NCBI GenBank assembly: GCA_947259765.1 | Contig: CAMYNG010000001.1 | Location: 158,219-222,218 of the forward strand | Origin: an uncultured Ectothiorhodospiraceae bacterium | GTDB lineage: Bacteria; Pseudomonadota; Gammaproteobacteria; CAMYNG01 | Length of the DNA: 64,000 nucleotides | Direction: 5' to 3' | In this document: piece after piece, positions 22,242 to 31,655 of the stretch | Layout: the number at the start of each line of letters is the position of its first letter | How positions within the stretch are numbered: position 1 is the first letter of the stretch | The notes under the pieces: generated by a model | What the model was told of the DNA's origin: nothing | The model's input: only the letters and a program-made list of their open reading frames with translations | The model's database searches: none | Position numbers and translations under genes: made by a program

Positions 22242-24200
22242 TTAACGCGAGGCAACGGTACCAGCCTCAAGTGTATCGTGTGTTGAAAAAAAACGTTCAA
22301 CATCTTCAATAGTTTCAGTTTGAGGCATTGACGGCAAACTTTTAAGAAATACCTTACCGTAGGCCTTACCACGCAAACGAGGGTCACAGATGACAAGCAC
22401 GCCGCGGTCGGACACATCACGTATCAATCTGCCCGCACCCTGCTTAAGCGCAATAACCGCAGCAGGAAGTTGGAAATCGAAAAATGGATTGAGTCCCCGA
22501 CGGCGCATGGCGTCGATGCGAGCCTGCAATACCGGATCACCGGGCGACGCAAACGGCAAACGATCGATGATTACACACGACAACGCATCGCCGCGAACGT
22601 CCACACCCTCGCGAAAGCTGCTGGTCCCCAGCAAAACCGCGTTCCCTGCGCTGCGGAATTTTTCCAGCAACACGTCCCGCGGTGCGTCACCCTGTACCAG
22701 GACCGGATAAGCCAGTTCATCACGCAGAACGTGGGCCGCCCTGTCCAAGGCACGGTAACTGGTGAACAATAAAAATGCTCGACCCTCACTTTGTTTGACG
22801 ACCTGCCGTGCAACATCGATCACGGCGTCGGTGTAGTCGGGAGAATTGGGTTCCGGCATACCGGGTGGCAGGTACAACAAGGCCTGATTTGAAAAATCGA
22901 ACGGACTCTCCCATTGCACACATTCAGGCTCAACGATTCCGAGGCGCTCGGTAAAGTGTCCGAAATTATCGTCTACCGTCAAGGTCGCGGAAGTAAAGAT
23001 CCAAGCCCCGGGCAGGGTCTGCATATTTTCGCGAAACTGCTTGGACACATCGATGGGTGTAAGATGAAAAGCAATCGAGCGATGATGCACCTCGAACCAC
23101 TGAATGTTTTCTTCCGCCGCATCGCCCGTGATTTTTTCAAACCGCTCGCGCAGGGAAACGCAACGCTGCAGACACTTCTCAAGCCCCTTGCTACGCTCTG
23201 CTAACGGATGCAGCAGGTCTTCCAGCTGCGCCAGGCCATCGCGCACATCCTCGATTGCGTCTGGCAGGCCTGGCTTCTGTGAAACAGCACGCCAGGATTC
23301 GCGACGCAGTTTGCTACCAAACAACAATCGCAGATCTTGAACACTCTTTTGCAGACCATCAACACATGAAGCCAGCACATTGGTTTCATTAATGTCGCGT
23401 AGATACTCGTTTCGGCTATCGCGGCCCAGTTCAAGAATTTGGTTGGTGCTTAAGCTATGACCAAAAAATGCCGAGGCGGTATCCGGCAATTGGTGGGCCT
23501 CGTCGACGATAAAGGCATCCGCGTATGGCAGCAGTTCACCGACTCCCTGGTCGCGCAAAGCCATGTCGGCAAACAACAAATGATGATTTACGACCACCAC
23601 GTCGGCGGCCTGCGCATTGCGGCGCGCCTGGACAAGAAAACAGCGATCGTAGTCACTGCATTCCTGCCCGAGACAATTTTCCGCGGTGGAGGTCACAACC
23701 GGCCAAACTGTATCTGCCTCGTCGATGTCGGCACACTCGGCGATATCACCACTTTGCGTGCGTCCGCCCCATTCACCTATGCGAACGATTTTGTCTGCCA
23801 CGGCGCGACTCTGAAAGCGTCCCTCTCCCTGTGCAAGCGCCAAGCGATAGTGGCATAGATAGTTTCCCCGCCCCTTGAGCAAGGCGATTTCCACCGGCAT
23901 ACCGAGTGCATGACGCACAACCGGGATATCCCGATGAAACAGTTGATCCTGCAAATTACGTGTGCCGGTCGAAATTATGATCTTGCGTGCCGAATTTAGC
24001 GCCGGAACCAGATACGCAAAAGTTTTTCCCGTACCTGTCCCCGCTTCGGCGACCAGACTGCCACCGTCTTCCAAGGTGCGTGCCACCGCCTCCGCCATGG
24101 CCTGCTGTTGCTTACGCGGCGCAAACCCGTCAACACTCGCGGCAAGCGGACCGTCCGGTCCCAATAACTCAGTAAGTGACTGCATTCCGGAAAATTTCAA
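22242..24200 (-). CDS. DinG/YoaA-family ATP-dependent DNA helicase (XPD-like, Fe-S)
   Basis: The ORF has Walker A AGTGTGKTFAYL, DEAH (FIVDEAHQL), a Cys cluster (YLCHY...ENCLGQECSDYDRC) and C-terminal helicase motifs. Confidence 0.85.
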   Translation of the reverse strand: MKFSGMQSLTELLGPDGPLAASVDGFAPRKQQQAMAEAVARTLEDGGSLVAEAGTGTGKTFAYLVPALNSARKIIISTGTRNLQDQLFHRDIPVVRHALGMPVEIALLKGRGNYLCHYRLALAQGEGRFQSRAVADKIVRIGEWGGRTQSGDIAECADIDEADTVWPVVTSTAENCLGQECSDYDRCFLVQARRNAQAADVVVVNHHLLFADMALRDQGVGELLPYADAFIVDEAHQLPDTASAFFGHSLSTNQILELGRDSRNEYLRDINETNVLASCVDGLQKSVQDLRLLFGSKLRRESWRAVSQKPGLPDAIEDVRDGLAQLEDLLHPLAERSKGLEKCLQRCVSLRERFEKITGDAAEENIQWFEVHHRSIAFHLTPIDVSKQFRENMQTLPGAWIFTSATLTVDDNFGHFTERLGIVEPECVQWESPFDFSNQALLYLPPGMPEPNSPDYTDAVIDVARQVVKQSEGRAFLLFTSYRALDRAAHVLRDELAYPVLVQGDAPRDVLLEKFRSAGNAVLLGTSSFREGVDVRGDALSCVIIDRLPFASPGDPVLQARIDAMRRRGLNPFFDFQLPAAVIALKQGAGRLIRDVSDRGVLVICDPRLRGKAYGKVFLKSLPSMPQTETIEDVERFFSTHDTLEAGTVASR

Positions 24201-24226
24201 TCAGTCACGCCGTGGACGCATTGCGC

Positions 24227-24730
24227 TCACGAACCGGCATGGGTATCCAACGTGGAATCATCCGCATTTTGTGCGCGATCCCATACCAGCCGCGATATTT
24301 TTTTGAAACGTGCCACCGACATTGCACCACGTCGCTTACGACTACTGGAACCGGCGTCATCAAGCGCGTCTTCAACGTCCTCACGATCAACCTCGTAGAT
24401 CTCGTAAGGCTCAAAATTCTTATCCATCAGCACCAACACCACCCGGTCCCAGTCCTGATTCGTTTTGAACTGACCAATGCGTTGACCACTCTTGCCTTCT
24501 TCGAAGATTGCACGGCCTTTGATCTGCACACGCACACCGTCTCGCTCACCGCGACCCACAGCATCGTAGCCTCCCGGCGGAGATTCACAAGGCTCAAGGT
24601 CTAATAACCGGCAGGCATCGTGTTTGGCGATTTCGCTGCTGAGTCCAAGCGATTTGCCAGTGGTACGCCGATACTCCGCGGCGATCCGCCGCGCCTCGGA
24701 AATCAGCTTATCGACTGCAAATACGCTCAA
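24227..24730 (-). CDS. Hypothetical protein, possible PD-(D/E)XK nuclease-like fold
   Basis: The ORF has the spacing E...GYDAV...VQIKGR, with an acidic C-terminus. There is no internal ATG near the N-terminus. A TTG at 24730 with GGAG 9 nt upstream avoids overlapping the upstream lipoprotein gene. Confidence 0.4.
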   Translation of the reverse strand: MSVFAVDKLISEARRIAAEYRRTTGKSLGLSSEIAKHDACRLLDLEPCESPPGGYDAVGRGERDGVRVQIKGRAIFEEGKSGQRIGQFKTNQDWDRVVLVLMDKNFEPYEIYEVDREDVEDALDDAGSSSRKRRGAMSVARFKKISRLVWDRAQNADDSTLDTHAGS

Positions 24731-24806
24731 GGTTCCGCGCTCCGTGTAACAATCCGGGCCGACCTGTCCGGCTCGGCATAGTCGCTTATTGTGGCATTTT
24801 TCCGAT

Positions 24807-25310
24807 TCACTGTCCGCCCATGCTGGCAGCCAGGGCATTCGCCTTGTCCTGCGCGGCGCGCGCACCGTTCTTATCGCCCAGTCCCTGTTTTGCGTGGGCA
24901 ATAATACGCCAGTTATCCGACCTCAAGCGAACATTCTTACCCGCCAGGCTGTTGGACTTTGCTGCCAATCCCTGTGCTTTTTGCAGCCGGCCACCATACA
25001 GGTGAACCTTAGCCATGTAGTGCCAAAGCGCTGGATTGCGTGGTTCTATCCTGATAGCCCGCTCCAGGTACGCCTCAGCTTTTTGGTTTTCTCCAGCCCT
25101 TGAAGCAACACGCGCCCGCTCCAGCAGATCCAGAACTGCCGGACTAGTGTTCTTACCTGGTGAAATAACCGCCTTTGGGTCCGCTTCCGGATCGGGTGAG
25201 TAACCTTCCGGTGGCGCTTGAGTCGCGCACGCGGCCAACAGCAAAGCACTGCTAAGCGATACTGTGCGCAACAAACCGCAGCGTGAGAACTCGCAAAATT
25301 TAACACGCAT
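24807..25310 (-). CDS. TPR lipoprotein, LpoP-like candidate activator of PBP1B
   Basis: The protein has a lipobox (SSALLLAAC), a Pro-rich linker and TPR repeats. It lies directly downstream of mrcB. I trimmed the start to the ATG at 25310 (MRVKF). Confidence 0.62.
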   Translation of the reverse strand: MRVKFCEFSRCGLLRTVSLSSALLLAACATQAPPEGYSPDPEADPKAVISPGKNTSPAVLDLLERARVASRAGENQKAEAYLERAIRIEPRNPALWHYMAKVHLYGGRLQKAQGLAAKSNSLAGKNVRLRSDNWRIIAHAKQGLGDKNGARAAQDKANALAASMGGQ

Positions 25311-25330
25311 TCGAATTTTTTTACCTTTAA

Positions 25331-27679
25331 TCAATGCAACCATTTTCTGAACCATCGGCCAGTACGCTCCGGCAAGCTCTCCTCCTGATCACTGGCACAG
25401 CCGCCCTTTTCACGCGGTAGCGTCCCTTTTGAAAACGCCAGCTCGGCCGCACTGACACAACCGGCGGGCGCACGCAGGCCCGTCTCAGGATCAATCTTGG
25501 TCACCTCGACCTCCAGCTCCGCCGTCAACTCCAGCGGTTGCGCGTTAACACGTTGCATAGTATCACTCCAGATAGCGAGCGCACCGCTCGCACCGGTCAG
25601 CCCTACCGGCCGGTTGTCATCACTACCCAGCCAGACGACCGCCAGGCGATCACTGCCAAAGCCGGCGAACCAGCTGTCCCGCAAGTCGTTGGTGGTTCCG
25701 GTTTTGCCGGCAAAGTCCCCTGCCGCGGGTAACAGCCTGACCGCACTGGTACCGGTTCCGTGGCGCAAAACCTCGCGCAGGGCACTATTCAAGACCTGTG
25801 CCGTTACCGGATCAACCGCCTGCGCCACGTCCAGCGAATAACGCTGTAAAGGCTCACCGTTGGCCGCCAGAACCTCCCGGATCGCACTCAGCGGACTACG
25901 GAATCCTCCTGCAGCGAAGGTTTGGTAAATCTGTGCGATTTCGTATGGCGTCATGCTCGTCGCACCCAGAAGTAGTGACGGATACGGCGCCACCTGTCGG
26001 TCCAACCCAAGTGCGCGCAAATTTTCAACCACCTTGTCGACCCCAAGCTCCATGCCGAGACGTACCGTCGCTTGATTATAAGAGCGGGTCAGCGCGACAA
26101 ACAACGGCACGGTTCCGTGGGACTCCTTGTCATAATTGGCCGGCGTCCATTCCTCACCGCTATCCGACTGAATCGTAATCGGGCTATCGTCGAGCATCGT
26201 CACCAGGTTAAATTGGTCGGCACGCTGCAAGGCCGTTAAATAAATTGCAGGTTTTATAAGTGAACCTACAGGCCGCCTGGCATCCAGCACGCGGTTGAAT
26301 CCGGCGAACTGCGGACGCCGACCCGCAACCAGGGCCAACACTTCACCTCCCGTGGTCGCGGTGACAATAGCTCCTCCCTCCAGATGCCCGGCGAGTTTAC
26401 GGGCACGATCAAGGCGATTAATGTGTTTCTTCAACGCCTGTTCGGCATGATGTTGCACCACCGGATCAAAGGTGGTGAAAATGCGCAAGCCTTCACTGGT
26501 CAGGTCTTGCTTGCGGTAATCACGCCGTAATTGCCGGCGCACCAAATCCATAAAGCCGGGGTACGGCGTTATGCCCAACGGCGGGTTGGGGATAACGCGC
26601 AAATTGGCCTGCTTCGCCTTGTTCGCCTGCGCCGTGCTGATAACACCTTGCTCTAGCATAATGTCCAGTACGAGTTCCCGACGTTCGCGTAAACGGGTTG
26701 GATGACGCCGCGGGTCATAGAACGTGGGGCCACGCACCAGCGCGACCAGGGTTACGGTTTGCGGTAAATCAAGTTGCGCTAAAGATTTATCAAAATAGAA
26801 CCGGCTGGCAAGACCGAAACCATGGACCGCACGTTTACCCTGCTGGCCTAAATAAACTTCGTTTATGTAGGCCTCAAGGATCTCGTTTTTGTCGTAGTGC
26901 AGTTCGAGCAGCACGGCCATGACGGCTTCATTGGCTTTGCGCCACAAGCTTCGCGTGTTACTCAGGAAGAAATTCTTCACCAGCTGTTGAGTTAAGGTAC
27001 TGCCACCTTGAACCGTGGCGCCCGCCCTGACATTCGCCCACAAGGCGCGCGCAATGGCTTTGAGGTCAACGCCGTGATGCTGGTAAAAGTTACGATCTTC
27101 CACCGCCACCAGGGCCTTCGGTAACCATTCAGGCGTCTCGTCAAGTTTTACGAGTAGTCTGTCCTCATGCTTATCCGGATAAATACCGCCGATGAACATT
27201 GGATCGAGGCGTAGCAAATGAATTTCATTTCCGGTGTCTTTCGTGTGAACCTGCGCAACTTCTCCGTCCTTAAACCAGATGGACACTGTTTTTGCGGGTT
27301 CATTGCCATCCCAGAAACCGAAGCCACGGGTACGCAAGTCGAATCGCGCACCGGAACGCGCATAGCTGCCTGATTCTTTGACTTGATAGGCGAGCCTATA
27401 ACCCAGTTTGTCCAGTTCCAATTGAAACTCGGTGCGCGACACCGGAGCCCCGCGATAGAGTTCCAGTGGTCGGGCGTAGACGTGAGCCGGGAGCGCCCAA
27501 CGCTTGCCTTCAAACTTAATGCGGATTAGGACGTCAAGATAAATTACGTAGGCCAACAACAAAACGAGGCAAATCGCCAGGCCACGTTTCCAGTGATGCC
27601 ACCAACGCCGATTGTGTGTCCGTTTCTTTGCTACCCGCCGCGAACCACGGCGGCGTTTACGCGTTACTCTGCGGGCCAT
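25331..27679 (-). CDS. mrcB: Penicillin-binding protein 1B (bifunctional glycosyltransferase/transpeptidase)
   Basis: The 782-aa ORF has a basic N-terminus plus TM segment, a UB2H-like insert (RWALPAHVYARPLELYRG), GT51 motifs (EDRNFYQHHG, GGSTLTQQ) and transpeptidase motifs SLIK and KTGTT. Confidence 0.9.
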   Translation of the reverse strand: MARRVTRKRRRGSRRVAKKRTHNRRWWHHWKRGLAICLVLLLAYVIYLDVLIRIKFEGKRWALPAHVYARPLELYRGAPVSRTEFQLELDKLGYRLAYQVKESGSYARSGARFDLRTRGFGFWDGNEPAKTVSIWFKDGEVAQVHTKDTGNEIHLLRLDPMFIGGIYPDKHEDRLLVKLDETPEWLPKALVAVEDRNFYQHHGVDLKAIARALWANVRAGATVQGGSTLTQQLVKNFFLSNTRSLWRKANEAVMAVLLELHYDKNEILEAYINEVYLGQQGKRAVHGFGLASRFYFDKSLAQLDLPQTVTLVALVRGPTFYDPRRHPTRLRERRELVLDIMLEQGVISTAQANKAKQANLRVIPNPPLGITPYPGFMDLVRRQLRRDYRKQDLTSEGLRIFTTFDPVVQHHAEQALKKHINRLDRARKLAGHLEGGAIVTATTGGEVLALVAGRRPQFAGFNRVLDARRPVGSLIKPAIYLTALQRADQFNLVTMLDDSPITIQSDSGEEWTPANYDKESHGTVPLFVALTRSYNQATVRLGMELGVDKVVENLRALGLDRQVAPYPSLLLGATSMTPYEIAQIYQTFAAGGFRSPLSAIREVLAANGEPLQRYSLDVAQAVDPVTAQVLNSALREVLRHGTGTSAVRLLPAAGDFAGKTGTTNDLRDSWFAGFGSDRLAVVWLGSDDNRPVGLTGASGALAIWSDTMQRVNAQPLELTAELEVEVTKIDPETGLRAPAGCVSAAELAFSKGTLPREKGGCASDQEESLPERTGRWFRKWLH

Positions 27680-28231
27680 AAATCTTCACTTATCAAACCA
27701 GATACTTCCTGCTTCGCTTGCCAACAAGAAAAAAACCTAATTACCCTTATCTCCGTATTTCGAAGCCAGGTAGTTGCCGTTCTCATTTATCTACCCATTC
27801 GGGTCATGCAAATGGATCTTAACCGCCATTGTCCAGTATGTCTTGCCGAGGACTCACAATCCGGTACAACGCTTCGCCACAGCAAAGCTAAACAACGTTT
27901 TACGGTTGTCGAAACAACAATATGTCGGTGGATAGTTGTTTTTGCCCGCACTACGATCCGCCACCTGACTTAATGTGTCTCGCGTCGATGCCGATGATCT
28001 CAAGAGCATGACGTACAAGACACTCCGGTTTGCCAGGCTTGATTTTGTGGCGCTCGATACAAACAAGCCGCAGGCAAAAACAGGTTCTTTTGATAGCGGT
28101 TTTCTCACAACGCGTGGGGCGCGGCTCGCGGCACGACACGGGATCACGGCAATTCATGTATACAATGAGATTACAGGCCCACAAAGTTGGACTATACTTA
28201 ATATATTACCTTACAAAAATTTTGTAACCAT

Positions 28232-28717
28232 ATGTTTTTTAATATTTTTATTTTAAAATCTGTCGGCCTGACGTGTGCAGGTGCCCTACTTTTGGCAACC
28301 ACGCTCAGCGGCTGTTCGAGCCGAGCACCGATTCAGACAAGCAGCACGCCCGCACGCACAGCGTTCGTTGATGTCGCCAAGCGTCAGTTGGGAATTCAGT
28401 ACCGCTACGGCGGACGTTCCCCACGTACCGGATTCGATTGCAGTGGACTCGTGTACTACAGCCTGCAACGCACCGGCGTATCCGCACCGCGCACTACACG
28501 GGAACAATATCGGCAAGCCCGACCCGTATCGCGTAGTGCACTACGCCCGGGCGATCTGGTGTTTTTCCGTGTCTACGGCAACAATGTTTCACATGTTGGT
28601 ATCTACCTCGGAAACGGGCGCTTTATTCACGCCCCATCAACCGGGAAAAAGGTCTCCATCGCTCGCTTGAGTGATGCCTACTGGAAACGTCGATTTGCGG
28701 GTGGCGGGCGAATCTAG
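28232..28717 (+). CDS. NlpC/P60 (C40) peptidoglycan endopeptidase lipoprotein
   Basis: The protein has a lipobox (TTLSGCSS), catalytic Cys context (GFDCSGLVYY) and a His context (SHVGIYLGNGRFIHAP). Confidence 0.85.
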   Translation: MFFNIFILKSVGLTCAGALLLATTLSGCSSRAPIQTSSTPARTAFVDVAKRQLGIQYRYGGRSPRTGFDCSGLVYYSLQRTGVSAPRTTREQYRQARPVSRSALRPGDLVFFRVYGNNVSHVGIYLGNGRFIHAPSTGKKVSIARLSDAYWKRRFAGGGRI

Positions 28718-28767
28718 ACCGGATCTGATATTCCCTGTTGCCTGAATCAGGCAGTACAAGCTCCCGC

Positions 28768-30774
28768 TTAGCCGTTAATTATATAGGAATTAGACTCCAC
28801 GAAGACTGCCAGCAAGTTTGCATCTATCTTGCCGTTGCCGGCCTCGGTATGCAGGATATCCAACGCATTTTCGGTAGACAGTCCCTGTTTGTACGGTCGA
28901 TCACCTGAAGTCAACGCATCAAAAATATCGGCAACGGTCATGATCTTCGACGGCAAGGGAATTTGCTCGCCAGTGAGTTGCCGCGGGTAACCACTGCCAT
29001 CCAATTTTTCATGGTGCGCATATGCAATATCCGGCACGCCCGCCAGATTTCCTGTCCAGGGTATGAGGTTCAAAAACGCGTAGGTGTGGGCGACATGTGA
29101 CTCGATTTCGATGCGCTCATCCGGATTCAAGCTACCCTTTGCCAAACTGAGCGTCGAGAATTCAAACGGTGTAAGCAACGGCATATGTAATTCTTCGCCA
29201 TCTCGAAATAAATATTGCGCCACTTTTTCCAAACCACTGATCTTGTCTGGAGTAATAGCAGGTTCATTGGCGCGTACCACATCCTGGAGAAAACTGTCCA
29301 AAACGCCAATCTCGCGCTTTAACTCTGAGTCAAAAATCTCGCGTCTAAGCTGAAATTCCTCAGGTGTAAGTTCCTGCTCCTGCTGCAATTGAATCAATTT
29401 GAAATAGGCATCTTTTTCTAAGCAGGCTTTGGCGTACTTAAAGCGTTGTTGTAAATGTGCAAGTTCATATTCGTGCAGTTTCTTCGCTTTGGTTAACACA
29501 TTTTCACGAACCCCGATTTTTCCGAAATCGTGCAGGAGCGCTGCGTAGCGAATTTCCCGCATTTGTTCGGCGCTGAATTGTGCGCCTTTAAATTCACCAT
29601 TATCAATACGATCAACGCAGCGCGCCAGATTTTGAGTATACTCCGCGACACGAAAGGAGTGACCCGCGGTGACCGGGTCACGCGCTTCAATTACCTGTAC
29701 CGACGCAGTAACAAATCCCTCAAACAGCGTTTCGATTTCCTCAAACAGCTGGCTGTTTTTCAGTGCGATCGCCATTTGTGAGGCAATGGCCGTGAGAATT
29801 TCCAGATCTTCCTTATTAAACTGGTTCGGACCGCGGCGGCTATCAACCTGGATCAGACCCAGCACTTCGTCTTCGTAAAGCAACGGCGCGCACATTACGC
29901 TGCGTAAAACCAGATCGATCACGGACTCCTGTTGTTTAAAGCGCTCATCACCCATTGCGTCCAGTAATAATAACGAGCGGCGATTCTGAACCACTTCATT
30001 CACGATGGTACGCGATATATTCGCCTTGCCGTTGCTTTCTGATTCCTTACCACGGGATTTAGAAAGTATTTCCCGCAGTGAGCCCCGCTTGTTCCGGCAG
30101 AGAAGAAGACTGATGTGGTCGCCCTGCTCAAAAATTTCAAAAATGCACTGGGTGATTTTCTCGCACAGTGCTGCGCGGTTTTTCGTGGCACCCAACGAAA
30201 TGCTTACCTGCGTCATGAGTGACAGGCGGCGAAGCAATTCATCGCGCTCCGCGCTCACCTGACGCCCTGCGCCTTTGAGCTCCGCCATCAGGCGTGACGC
30301 ATCAATCACCATACTCACAGATGCGCCCGCCGCAAACTCGGCGGAAGCCTCTTCGGCAACGGAGGCCGCGGGACCGCCACCCTGGCTTTCAAATTCGCGT
30401 GTTTCAACGCTTGATTCACTCGGCACCACGCCGACCGGATCCAGGCCCAGAGAAATGGCATCCTCCTCCAGCTCCACTGTGAGTTCGGTACTGCCGACCT
30501 GGATGTGGTTGCCGCTGCTGAGAGGATATAGAGTGCCCGGAACGATGGATTCACCGTCGAGCTCAGTGCCGTTGGTGGAATTCAAGTCCTGGATGAGATA
30601 TCGGTCATTCTGTTTAAGTATGCGTGCGTGGCGGCGACTGACCTCTTTGTCCGGCAGGCCGACGAAATTGCCCAATAATTCAACTTCGTCGGTAGACCGA
30701 CCAAGGTACAAATCGTTGCCCGGAATAGCCACGGGTATCGCCGAACCTGATCCAGAAATGATTATTTTTGCCAT
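28768..30774 (-). CDS. FHA-GAF-HD-GYP multidomain protein (predicted c-di-GMP phosphodiesterase)
   Basis: There is an N-terminal FHA domain (LGRSTDEVE...VSRRHARILKQNDRYLIQDLNSTNGTELDG). A central GAF-like region follows (SLLLLDAMGDERF...LGLIQVDSR). The C-terminus is HD-GYP (LLHDFGKIGV ... HHEKLDGSGYP). Confidence 0.85.
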   Translation of the reverse strand: MAKIIISGSGSAIPVAIPGNDLYLGRSTDEVELLGNFVGLPDKEVSRRHARILKQNDRYLIQDLNSTNGTELDGESIVPGTLYPLSSGNHIQVGSTELTVELEEDAISLGLDPVGVVPSESSVETREFESQGGGPAASVAEEASAEFAAGASVSMVIDASRLMAELKGAGRQVSAERDELLRRLSLMTQVSISLGATKNRAALCEKITQCIFEIFEQGDHISLLLCRNKRGSLREILSKSRGKESESNGKANISRTIVNEVVQNRRSLLLLDAMGDERFKQQESVIDLVLRSVMCAPLLYEDEVLGLIQVDSRRGPNQFNKEDLEILTAIASQMAIALKNSQLFEEIETLFEGFVTASVQVIEARDPVTAGHSFRVAEYTQNLARCVDRIDNGEFKGAQFSAEQMREIRYAALLHDFGKIGVRENVLTKAKKLHEYELAHLQQRFKYAKACLEKDAYFKLIQLQQEQELTPEEFQLRREIFDSELKREIGVLDSFLQDVVRANEPAITPDKISGLEKVAQYLFRDGEELHMPLLTPFEFSTLSLAKGSLNPDERIEIESHVAHTYAFLNLIPWTGNLAGVPDIAYAHHEKLDGSGYPRQLTGEQIPLPSKIMTVADIFDALTSGDRPYKQGLSTENALDILHTEAGNGKIDANLLAVFVESNSYIING

Positions 30775-31116
30775 TAAATCAACATGTTAAAAATTGTTAA
30801 AACCCTTTTGCCACGCGCTATGTGTAACCCTATGTGCAGAAGAAGCGTGTTACCATTAAATTTATGTTTTGATTCCGATTTTTACCAGTGCATCGCGCCG
30901 GTTTTTAAGCCTTGACCAAAATAGCAATAAATTTTCTTTTTGATTCAATAGCTTAAACTTGACTGCCAAGTCAGACACGGACACGATTGCGAATTGTTCC
31001 CCTTAACCTGAGAGCAACAATTTAAAATCCAGTATTTTCAGCTAGTTGGCTACAATTTAGACTCGTGGCCCTGCGTCAGTATGGATATAATACTTATAGT
31101 AAATCTGTAGCAAGGA

Positions 31117-31611
31117 ATGTTAGTGTCTAGCAAATTACTTAAGATACCCAAGGTTCTGATGCCGGTCAGGTTGTGGGTTCATCCTGAAGGCCAGGTCGTT
31201 GGAGCCTTGTTCGTTAAGGAGCAAGCCGAGCAGGACAACACGGCAGAACAGCCACTGGATATACTCAATCGCGCCAGTCCATTCGTCGTGGTGAGACGGC
31301 AAGAACCGGACGAACTCCGCTTCTACAATCGGGCGTCGATCATTCGTGTGGAGTATGAGGACGTGACGGAGTCCATGCCCGCCGAGGATGTCACGCTACT
31401 GCGTTGTGAGCTACAAATGATGGACGGCTCGGTTTTAGATGGCGAAATCCGAGAACCATTACCCGTTAATTTTTCCCGATTGTTTGACTACCTTAATTTA
31501 CAGGACAACAATTTTATCAAGCTGCATGTCGATTCCGTGACGGTGATTCTTGTTAACAAGTCCTATATTAATTACGCCCGAACTGCTGACCGTACCGCTG
31601 AGCAGGCTTAG
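31117..31611 (+). CDS. Hypothetical protein with internal ~65-aa duplication
   Basis: This is the first ORF of the rightward operon, and its two halves share a motif pattern (see findings). The start is uncertain: ATG 31117, GTG 31123 and ATG 31159 are all possible. Confidence 0.5.
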   Translation: MLVSSKLLKIPKVLMPVRLWVHPEGQVVGALFVKEQAEQDNTAEQPLDILNRASPFVVVRRQEPDELRFYNRASIIRVEYEDVTESMPAEDVTLLRCELQMMDGSVLDGEIREPLPVNFSRLFDYLNLQDNNFIKLHVDSVTVILVNKSYINYARTADRTAEQA

Positions 31612-31655
31612 TCAAGAATGCACCCTCGCCACATGGAGACGCCAGGTTACCCCCT

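Noticed and set aside
31086-31091. A perfect TATAAT hexamer 26 nt upstream of the 31117 ATG, as the promoter of the kinase/PilT-like operon.
   Set aside because: No acceptable -35 (TCGTGG at 17-nt spacing) or extended -10 is present. The region is AT-rich, so a chance TATAAT is likely. I did not report it as a feature.
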